A stretch of 64,000 bases of DNA from an uncultured Verrucomicrobiae bacterium (GTDB lineage Bacteria > Verrucomicrobiota > Verrucomicrobiia > Chthoniobacterales > Chthoniobacteraceae): assembly GCA_963828525.1 (NCBI GenBank), contig CAWHEP010000004.1, positions 32,001-96,000 of the forward strand, in the 5' to 3' direction. Positions 40,295 through 48,482 of the stretch are shown one piece after another. Position 1 is the first letter of the stretch. Each line of letters starts with the position of its first letter. Position numbers and translations under genes: made by a program. Below the pieces are notes generated by a model. That model saw nothing but the letters and a program-made list of their open reading frames with translations. It was not told the DNA's origin and searched no databases.

Positions 40295-42171
40295 TTAATG
40301 GATCTTCTGCAACAGATCGAGCATCTGAACCATGTTCTGGCGAGAATCATCGCGTGATTCGTGTTTAGAGTGGGGAAAGACGTCTTCGCTTGTGAACCGG
40401 TCGCAAACGGCGGGACGATGAAACAAATGGTTGAAATGTGGAGAGGCTGGCATCCCGTCCAGCGCGGGGCGTCCCGCTTCGAGAACGAGCTTCTCCTCCT
40501 CTGGGAGCAGCGAAGCCGTTTTCGCCAATTCAAGGAATTTGCCAGCGTCAGCGTTCCCTTCAGCAGCCAGCAAAAACCCATAATAAGCGGCGACCGCTGG
40601 CTCAAGGAGCTCTTGAGGGGGAAGGGCCCGCATTGCCTGGAGCCCCTCTTCAGTATGACCATGCAGATACAAGGCGTATGCGTACGTAAGAGCGATGCGG
40701 GGGTCACTTGGGTGGTGGCTTGAGAGTTCTTCGGCGGCGTCTGCCGCGCTATCGAGGTCGATGCCGAGCAGGAGTGAGAGGAGAGCCCAATTACCCTTGG
40801 CGACAGGGTCATCGGGATTCAAACCCGAAATCCGCTGCCAGACTTTGCAAAGCTGGCGGGTGTCCTTGCTGGCCGCATAATTGCGCGCGAGCGTGTTGAG
40901 AGCGGCGCGTGGATCCTCAGAGGTGCCAGCTATTAACCAAAGCAGGTCATTCGTCTCCTTCCTCCAGCCCCAGCTTTGCGCCTTGCGCTCAAGAGTGAGA
41001 AGCCGCGCGGGCTGTATTTCCGCCAGCTTCACACTCATGCTCCACTGCTCTACCGAGGCGCTCTCTTCCCCAAGTTCCCGCAGCGCCCGGGCCTGGAAAG
41101 CAAGGCGCTGGAATTCGGCGTTGCCCCAGTCGAGCGGGCCTGTAGTGAACTTCTTTAGCGACTTCCAATCCAGAAGGAGAAGATATGCATCGGCGATTTC
41201 GACGGCCGCTGGCGGCTGGGACGCCACTTCTGTCGCAAGCCCTTTCATCCAGTCGTTCGCAACCAATGCCAGCCCCTGTTTGTTCGTCCAGGCAAGCAGG
41301 GAGCCGGTTTTCTGAGCGTCTGTCCCCGCTTCGGATTCGAGCTGCGCCAGATAAGGAGTAAACTTTGCATTCCCTGCCGCGCGCAGAACGCTCAGGTAAT
41401 ACAAGCGGTCGTCGAACTCCGCTTCCTTGTCGGACGCAAGTTTCTCGGCAAGCGCCAGACCTTCATCGCGCAAGCCCCGGACGGCGGAGTCTGTCGCGAG
41501 CACCCGCAGCACAGGAAGCCTCAGTTCCGCGTTTGTGCTTACCTTCTTCAAATCCCTTCGCGCGGCGTCCCGCTCAACCGGGTCGCGCGACTGCAATCCC
41601 AGTTGCGCCCTGTCAAAAACGTATTTGTCCTCCGTCGGATTCAGCCGAATGGCTTCGCTAAACTCTCTTTCGGCTTCCGCTCTGGCTCCCGACTCCATCG
41701 CGATTTTGCCAGCGATCTCATGGTAACGGGCATCGCCCTTGTCAGCGGGCGTCATTAGCGCGACTGCCTTTTTCGCCTGCGGCGCGTCGTGGAACCGCAG
41801 AGCCGCAGTCGCCCAAGCGCAGAGATGGTCGAATGATGATCCCTGCGGCAGGTCACAGACACGCCTCCAGAGGCCCACCGCCTCGCGGGCGCCTGCTCTA
41901 TCCCCGATCTCGGCATAGAGCACGCTCGCTTCCAGGTTACTGGGGTGCGGCCCTATAACCTTGTGCAGGCGTAACGCGGCCTCTTTGTAATCCTTCTTCT
42001 CCATCAACACGCGCGACTCAGCGATCAGCGCGCCTGATGATGTTTGGAGTAAACGCGCGGCCCGAACCAGCACACGGGCGGCAGGACCACCGCAAGCCCG
42101 AGCATCAGCAAAAGCAGCATTCTCTTGATCTTCGCGTCCTTTTCGGGATCGAGCGGATTTATGGCAGCCAT
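40295..42171 (-). CDS. Large membrane-anchored TPR protein downstream of the exosortase pair; frameshift near 42030-42080
   Basis: N-terminal MAAINPLDPEKDAKIKRMLLLLMLGLAVV is in another frame, followed by about 590 aa of TPR-like helices. Confidence 0.75.
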
Positions 42172-42956
42172 GCGAAATTTCCCAGGTTCATCTTTTCTCC
42201 AGAGTCACACATTTCCACGAAGCGTGGAGCACACCATCCATACCACTGCAGCCATGTCCGCCGCAGATTGTCTGCGGCCTCTTCCCGGGAACCGCCGGCG
42301 AGAGTGACAGAAACGTCCGCGAGAACGCACCGGTCGTCTGGCAGCAACGCCTCTCCCATCAGCCACCTTCGCAACCTGTGCCCACTCATCTGCTCCAGAT
42401 ACGCGCTTCGCGCAAACTCGCGAGGCGTCACCACGCTTCTCCCGCTGGCCATGATTATCCCTGTTAGATGAAGGTGATCGCCATCCTGCCAGATGCCGTA
42501 CGAGCCCGTGTCGACACTGCTGCGCATCTCCACAACCCCGTTACTGGTGGAGTCACGTTTCAGATTGCGTTTTACCCGTCCGAGAGGGTCAACCAGAAAG
42601 CGGAGGCCGACGTCCAGCGGCAGATAGCCAGAGGGAGGCATTCTCTGAAGCAGCGTCGGATCAGCCACATGAAGCAGGCGGGGCTCCGCGATGAATCTCA
42701 ACTCAATCTCCATCGAGTCGTGGATGTGGTAATAGCGCGCCTGTATCGCGTGGTCGGCCTTTTCGCTTTCCGTTTTTGCAATCGGGAAGTTCTCGTCCGC
42801 GCGCCAGTCGGCGAGAGGGGATTCCTGAGGGAAGTTGAAGACCGGAAAACTTGGATCGAGCGGCCGTCGAAGAACAAGCGTTCTGCCCAGCACTCCCACT
42901 GAGCCCGCGCAGACCAGAATCAACAGGACGATGCGAGCCTTACCCCAAAGCGACAT
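42159..42956 (-). CDS. Cyanoexosortase A system-associated protein-like
   Basis: MSLWGKARIVLL, FNFPQESPLADW, IELRF, GRSVVT..EF, RWLMG...LPDDRCV and WLQWYGW, which I recall as the pattern of the CrtA-associated family. Overlaps the exosortase stop. Confidence 0.72.
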   Translation of the reverse strand: MSLWGKARIVLLILVCAGSVGVLGRTLVLRRPLDPSFPVFNFPQESPLADWRADENFPIAKTESEKADHAIQARYYHIHDSMEIELRFIAEPRLLHVADPTLLQRMPPSGYLPLDVGLRFLVDPLGRVKRNLKRDSTSNGVVEMRSSVDTGSYGIWQDGDHLHLTGIIMASGRSVVTPREFARSAYLEQMSGHRLRRWLMGEALLPDDRCVLADVSVTLAGGSREEAADNLRRTWLQWYGWCAPRFVEMCDSGEKMNLGNFAWLP

Positions 42957-43796
42957 TTTGCTCCGACTCGGGCGTATCGTTGTGTCTGCCCATAACAAAG
43001 AAGCGGTATAAAAGGATGAAAATGAAAACGGACCCGCTTTCAAAAACAAGCGCGCCATCACCTTCGTGCCAATATTCAAAGGCCGTGTGATTGCTGGCGC
43101 TTACGAGACTTATGAGGAGCGCCACCCGAAACGCGTTGACAATGAAAGCCACCGAGACAGCCCCTAGTACCGTTGCGACGCCGACGAGCAGCTTATCAGG
43201 CGGGAAGATGATCAGCAGCAGGAACGCCAACCCGAACAGGAAGAACATGGATCGGGCGCCAGAACACCCCTCATACACCGCGACGGTGCCGGCATTTGTG
43301 GTGACAATGACTTCGTGCACTGAAGCTTCCACTCCAAGGAAGCGCACGATGCCAGCGCCAGCTACAGCGGTGAGCGGAGAAACATGAAGTCCAACCACGT
43401 CAAACGCGACCAGGCGCAATAGGGCTGGTATCGTCGGGAACAACAGGACCGAGAGTTCCTGCCAGTATTGCCTCAAGCCGCCAAACCCGGAAGCTATCAA
43501 GGCCAGCGCGACGCCCCAGGGTATGGCGCGAGCGACGCGAACAGGGTGCCCGGCGCGGACATGCTTTTAAAAAGCAGCAAACCCAGCAGCAACGCGCCGA
43601 GCAGCGTGGGGACGGGGCCGCTCTCGAGTTTTAGCTTATCCTTTTTATTCCACAGCGTGTATGCGAGCACCGCGCAGCAGAGTGTCGCGATGCGGAGCAC
43701 GTCGAAAGGCAGTTTGCTCCAGGAAGCGAATTGTAACCCGAGTATCGCAAGCCCTGCAAAACAGAGCAGCGCCTTGACTGTCGTATTCGGTCGCAT
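42940..43796 (-). CDS. Exosortase, cyanoexosortase A (CrtA)-like; frameshift near 43510
   Basis: Catalytic Cys, Arg and His motifs VYEGCSG, NAFRVA and FEYWHEGDG; ASGFGGLRQYWQEL; multiple TMs. Confidence 0.85.
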
Positions 43797-43859
43797 GGCG
43801 CCAAGGTTACACTGGTTTCAGCCGCAGTCTCTGTCAAAAAGCCGTATAAATTCCCGCTC

Positions 43860-44216
43860 TTAGCCGAGAAAATCCTGCTCTTGCTCGGGCGGGAGCAAGG
43901 CATTTTCCAGCGCCGTGCGGAACATCAGGAGCGTATTCGTCACAAACAGCGGATCACGCTGCTCGGCGGGGTCGACGAACTCATCCAGAAAATCCTCAAT
44001 CGACAGGTGTCCGTAATCATCAAGCGTCAAATCGCTTAGCTTCCGGGAAAAGGCCATCTTATGGGTAGCCTCAAAGGCGCAGAGAACCAGCTCGAAATCA
44101 AGGTCGTCAAATTCCTCGCTGAAGAGCTCCTCAACCCGGCTCTCCTCCTCGCAATGCACCCGATCGTCGCTCACGCAACGCACGATGGAAACGAATGATG
44201 AAACCAGATAACTCAT
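43860..44216 (-). CDS. Small acidic protein, acyl-carrier-protein-like pattern
   Basis: Very acidic; FDDLDFELVLCAFEATH...SIEDFL resembles ACP DSLD..EL...E..F...TV.D. Confidence 0.55.
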   Translation of the reverse strand: MSYLVSSFVSIVRCVSDDRVHCEEESRVEELFSEEFDDLDFELVLCAFEATHKMAFSRKLSDLTLDDYGHLSIEDFLDEFVDPAEQRDPLFVTNTLLMFRTALENALLPPEQEQDFLG

Positions 44217-44287
44217 GCCTTGGAGGTTGCCACAGGGAAACTGTGGCATTCCGCGCGGGTTCTGCAAAGGGGGGATTTTACCGGGTC

Positions 44288-45229
44288 TCAGCCGCGCTCC
44301 CCGAGTGCCGATGGCTTGTCCTCGGGAGCATCCGTTGCCCCGCCTTGCGCCAGCTTTATACGTGTAATATCGCGGCTGAGGCACACCATCCCCACGATCT
44401 CTCCGCTGGCGTCCCGAAACGGAATCTTTGTTGTCGAAAGCCAGCGCTTCTCCTTGGAACGCGAGACGGCAGGCTCTTCCCTATTGAGGATCGGTTCCCC
44501 GGATCGCATGATAGTGATGTCATCCGTATGATAGCGCTCCGCCAGACTTTTTGAGAAAAACGAAAAAACCGTTTTCCCCACTACTTCTTCGGCCGTCTTG
44601 ACGCCCAGAAACGCGCGATGCGCCGGGTTGTCCAGAACATAGCGGCCGGCATTATCCTTCACATAAAGGTGATCCGGTAGATTATTGATAACCGTGAGAA
44701 GAAGGGAGCGCTCTTTTCCGAGAGCCTCCTCCGCGCGCCGGGCGTGAGTCACATCACGCGCGATGACCGAAGCTCCAACGATAATTCCGGATGCGTCCTT
44801 GAACGGCGAAATGGCAGTGGAAAAATGGATGACATTCCCGTCCTTAAGGATTCGGCGGGATTCAAAGGGGTCTGCATGTTCCCCGATCCTAACCTTGTCC
44901 AGAATCTCAGCCAGCTCGCCGCGTCGATTTGGCGGTACAAGGCTCGAAAAATGTCGCCCCTTTAAATCTTCGCCGGGACGGCCAAAGATTCTTTCAGACG
45001 CTTTGTTCCACGTGAAAATAACGCCGTCAAGATTGATTCCAATGATCGCGTCATCCGAATATTTAACGATAGCCGCGAGGCGGAAAAGTTCATCCTCGCA
45101 GTCGTCTGAAGATGGTGCGGCGCCGCCATTGCTGGGCGGTGCCGCGGCGCTCTGCGGGGCGCAGGATTCACTGGCGTGCAAATGCTGTGTCAAAGGGCGG
45201 CCTCCTTTGCCAATGTGAGCATTTTTCAT
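44288..45229 (-). CDS. Stand-alone PAS-PAS sensor protein
   Basis: AAIVKYSDDAIIG...WNKASERIFG...IARDVT and INNLPDHLYVKD...SRDIT, then a stop with no output domain. Confidence 0.82.
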   Translation of the reverse strand: MKNAHIGKGGRPLTQHLHASESCAPQSAAAPPSNGGAAPSSDDCEDELFRLAAIVKYSDDAIIGINLDGVIFTWNKASERIFGRPGEDLKGRHFSSLVPPNRRGELAEILDKVRIGEHADPFESRRILKDGNVIHFSTAISPFKDASGIIVGASVIARDVTHARRAEEALGKERSLLLTVINNLPDHLYVKDNAGRYVLDNPAHRAFLGVKTAEEVVGKTVFSFFSKSLAERYHTDDITIMRSGEPILNREEPAVSRSKEKRWLSTTKIPFRDASGEIVGMVCLSRDITRIKLAQGGATDAPEDKPSALGERG

Positions 45230-45445
45230 GCTGAGACCATAGTCCGGTGATGCAAGAATGAAAGCTAGTATGAAACCTCTCTTCGGATCACAATTCGTAA
45301 CAGTCTGTTTTACAAGCGAAAACTAACGGCAGGCGATAAGAAGCCTGCATAAAAATATTGTTTGGACGGGCGATTCTACTTGTCGAACAGGCGCCTTGTA
45401 CGTAGCAAGTTCCGGCGTAACCATCCGTCCGTCCCGACAGCTAAA

Positions 45446-47143
45446 ATGAAGAATTTCAGGTTTGCTCCTTATCGTAATGTCGTAGGAAAATTTCTTTTTC
45501 CTTTTATCCTTAGTGGCGCGAGCGCAACTCCTCTTGGGTCGAACGACGGCAAAGCGTCTGTTGACGCGGGAAAAGGATGCGCGTTACTCGAACAGTGCGA
45601 GCCCAAGGAAAATTCCCCCGAGATATGGGGCGATCTCGGGTCTTCGTATTATGCGACGGGCAGTCATATGGCTCCAAATGGCGTGCCATTCAGGCCCGTG
45701 TTCTCCTCAGATTTAAACCTGAACCTGGGATTGTTGTCGCGTAAACGGCTGTATCTATTCACCGAGGATACATTCTGGGCTCAGCGCGCCAGCGCTGCCG
45801 TGACAAATTCGCACCAAGGCAGCTTTGATTTCAGCAAGAGGGAAGTAGATCTTCATGTCGGCCTCGCCTGGAACGTATTCAACCGCTTCGAACTCAGGAG
45901 CTCTTATTACGCTCTGAATAATCTGAACCGCGGCACCTCGGAAGTAAAAAGTTCCGGGTTCAAAGATGGTTCACAGGTGGAGGGCCGTTATTACTTTGGG
46001 CCAGCTGACATCTTTGACGTGGGGCGCCTGAGCTTCGTAAGCCTTGGCTATTATCCCACCAAAACATTGGTCGGCGGGAATGGCGAAGCGTTCGAACCAG
46101 GTCTGTTCACAAGAACTTACGTGACCTGGGACGTCCCTCTTCTACGGTCCTACCTCTTTGCGGATGGGCAGGTAACCGGCCAGAAGGGAGCCACGCCAAG
46201 ACTCCTAACCCTGAACGCGGGAGTTGCCACACGGCCAATGGGACTCGCTCACAACCTCGAGTTCCGAGTGGGTGACGAGGTCACAGACGACGTGAGGGAC
46301 GGCGCTACGCGGAACCTCGTCTATTTCGCTTTCCGTATTGATTTCCAAGCTGATCCGCGCAAATGCGGAAGCCCGGATCTGAAGAATGCCGCGGCCAGCT
46401 ACTGGCCCGAGGTATGGGGCGAACTCGGCTCCCAGTATTACTTCACGGGCAGTCGCGTAGCCCCTAACGGCGTTCCATTTCGCCCGGTGTTCTCATCAGA
46501 CCTCAACTTGAACATCGGTTTGCTCTCGAAGAAGAAGCTTTACTTGTTCACAGAAGATACTTTTTGGGCGCAGCGGGCGTCCGCTGGAGTGACGAATTCG
46601 CATCAAGGCAGCTTTGACTTTAGCAAACGCGAAGTCGATCTCCACGTTGGACTTGCGGCGCGTGTGTTCTACCGATTTGAAGTGCGAGCCTCCTATTACG
46701 CGCTCACTAATCTCAATCGGGGCGATTCGAATGCCATTGCCTCGGGTGGCAAAGATGGCACGCAAGTCGAGACCCGCTACTACCTCCCCGGCGCAAGCGA
46801 CTTCGATGTGGACAAGCTGGGATTTATCAGCCTCGGCTACTACCCTACCAAGACGCTGGTAGGCGGAAATGGGACAAGCTTCGAACCCGGTGTTTTTGCG
46901 CGCGCCTATCTGACACGGGACATCCCATGCCTGCGCTCATTCATCTACGGCGACGGCCAGTTTACCGCGGAACGGGGCGCCACGCCTCGATTGCTCACGT
47001 TTGACGCTGGAATCGCGACTCGGCCATTTCCCCGTCTTGGAAGCCTTGAATTTCGACTGGGAGATCAAGTGACGCGAGACGTGAAGGCTGCGGACACCAG
47101 AAACCTGGTTTATCTCGGCGCGCGGGTGTTGTTTGGGAACTGA
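45446..47143 (+). CDS. Putative outer-membrane beta-barrel protein made of two tandem repeats of about 263 aa
   Basis: Amphipathic beta-strand pattern rich in aromatic residues and Gly; C-terminus YLGARVLFGN; start uncertain. Confidence 0.7.
   Translation: MKNFRFAPYRNVVGKFLFPFILSGASATPLGSNDGKASVDAGKGCALLEQCEPKENSPEIWGDLGSSYYATGSHMAPNGVPFRPVFSSDLNLNLGLLSRKRLYLFTEDTFWAQRASAAVTNSHQGSFDFSKREVDLHVGLAWNVFNRFELRSSYYALNNLNRGTSEVKSSGFKDGSQVEGRYYFGPADIFDVGRLSFVSLGYYPTKTLVGGNGEAFEPGLFTRTYVTWDVPLLRSYLFADGQVTGQKGATPRLLTLNAGVATRPMGLAHNLEFRVGDEVTDDVRDGATRNLVYFAFRIDFQADPRKCGSPDLKNAAASYWPEVWGELGSQYYFTGSRVAPNGVPFRPVFSSDLNLNIGLLSKKKLYLFTEDTFWAQRASAGVTNSHQGSFDFSKREVDLHVGLAARVFYRFEVRASYYALTNLNRGDSNAIASGGKDGTQVETRYYLPGASDFDVDKLGFISLGYYPTKTLVGGNGTSFEPGVFARAYLTRDIPCLRSFIYGDGQFTAERGATPRLLTFDAGIATRPFPRLGSLEFRLGDQVTRDVKAADTRNLVYLGARVLFGN
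45617..47140 (+). repeat. Intragenic tandem duplication, period 789 bp
   Basis: PEIWGDLGS at 45617 and PEVWGELGS at 46406. Shared blocks APNGVPFRPVFSSDLNLN, LYLFTEDTFWAQRASA, VTNSHQGSFDFSKREVDLHVGLA and SLGYYPTKTLVGGNG. Confidence 0.92.
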
Positions 47144-47206
47144 CGGATTGCTCGTCTTTTTTTGAACATCAGTCGACAAGCTCTGTCGAAGTTATTGGTT
47201 TAGGTC

Positions 47207-47269
47207 GATTCGGGCAAGCGCATGGAATTGATTACTCCTTGGTCATGCGCTGCCCGAATCCTTTTTTTT
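47207..47269 (+). terminator. Long hairpin with T8 tail (terminator or 3' end of an sRNA)
   Basis: GATTCGGGCA-A-GCGCATG pairs with CATGCGC-TGCCCGAATC, followed by CTTTTTTTT. Confidence 0.65.
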
Positions 47270-47312
47270 GCCCGCGATTTCGAAACGTCGCACTGCTGAT
47301 CGGGAAGTTTTT

Positions 47313-47798
47313 GTGAGGCAAACGCTTTGGTGGGTGCTCACCTTGGCGCTCATGCTGGGAGGGCTGATCGGGACAGTCATTCCCCTCATCCCTGGGGCGC
47401 TGGTCATTCTGCTGGCAGCGGTGATGCATCACTTGGTCTTGGGTTCCGCAAAAAGCGTCGGCTATCTAACTCTGGTCGGCCTTGCTGTTTTGATGATTCT
47501 GGCTCAGGCGCTGGAGTTCATCAGTGGCTCCGTCGGCGCGAAGTGGTACGGAGCGACAAGATGGGGTGCCATAGGGGGAATCTTGGGTGGCCTGGTTGGG
47601 ATCTTCCTCGGTTTGCCCGGGCTCTTCCTTGGACCTGTCGCAGGCGTTCTGCTCTTCGAATTGCTTGGCGGAAAAGGGCTTCTGCCTGCGACTCGCTCGA
47701 CTTGGGGAACCCTCCTCGGGACCACCGCTGGGATCCTCGCTCAATTCGTAATTGGACTGCTTATGATTGCGTGGTTTGTCATCGCTGCCTTGATGTGA
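47313..47798 (+). CDS. DUF456 (YqgC-like) membrane protein
   Basis: GLIGTVIPLIPG, GAKWYGATRWGAIGGILG and GLFLGPVAG motifs. Confidence 0.85.
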   Translation: MRQTLWWVLTLALMLGGLIGTVIPLIPGALVILLAAVMHHLVLGSAKSVGYLTLVGLAVLMILAQALEFISGSVGAKWYGATRWGAIGGILGGLVGIFLGLPGLFLGPVAGVLLFELLGGKGLLPATRSTWGTLLGTTAGILAQFVIGLLMIAWFVIAALM

Positions 47799-47955
47799 AC
47801 AGCGCCAGGTACGGGCAGGATTTGTAGTCGGTTTTATCTTGTCGCAGATGGGAGTGGCGTCCGATGCCCACCGTCCTTCCATGAGAACGCCGTTGCGGTA
47901 CAATTTTCTTGTGAGGGGAATTCGATCTGCTACTATCGGCGCTTATTCGAATTTT

Positions 47956-48381
47956 ATGGCAACAAAGCAAACTGCTCAGAGGGCGCAATCAAACTCCAGT
48001 CCATTCCACATTCTAGGTGATACGCTGGAGTCAGCGGCTGAGAATTTCGAAGAGGCCACGGCGAACGCGCACGACTCCGCGAAGCGCGCGGCTGAAGTAA
48101 CGAAAAGCGCGCTCACCAATGCTCTTTATAAAACCTGTTACGGGCTTTCCTACGGCGCCGTGTTTAGCTCCGTCTTCCTGGTGGAGATGATGCCCTCCTC
48201 AAACACGATGCGGCGCGGCTTCACCGAGGGGGCGGAAGCCGCTCTTGAAGCGGTGGAACGCAAGACCGCGGTGACGGTGGAGCAGCCGATTCAAAAGGGA
48301 AAGCGCGCGGTGAAGCCTCGAGCGCGGGCTTCCAGAACTGCCAAACCGCGTCCTGCGGCAGTGGCTGCGGCGGACGAATAG
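47956..48381 (+). CDS. Small Ala-rich protein with one Gly-motif hydrophobic segment, upstream of the P1B-ATPase
   Basis: Helical N-terminus, YKTCYGLSYGAVFSSVFL, RRGFTEGAEAA and a basic Ala/Lys/Arg tail. Confidence 0.72.
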   Translation: MATKQTAQRAQSNSSPFHILGDTLESAAENFEEATANAHDSAKRAAEVTKSALTNALYKTCYGLSYGAVFSSVFLVEMMPSSNTMRRGFTEGAEAALEAVERKTAVTVEQPIQKGKRAVKPRARASRTAKPRPAAVAAADE

Positions 48382-48482
48382 AAGGAGCGTCACTTCGACC
48401 TTTCATCCACCCCAAGTTCCTCCAAAAGGGGGGCAGCGTTGGCGAGTCTGACGCGTGATTTTCTGTCCATGAGGTTTGCGAC

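Noticed and set aside
47800..47955. Fur box upstream of the ATPase locus
   Set aside because: No convincing GATAATGATAATCATTATC-like match, so iron regulation is not supported by the sequence.
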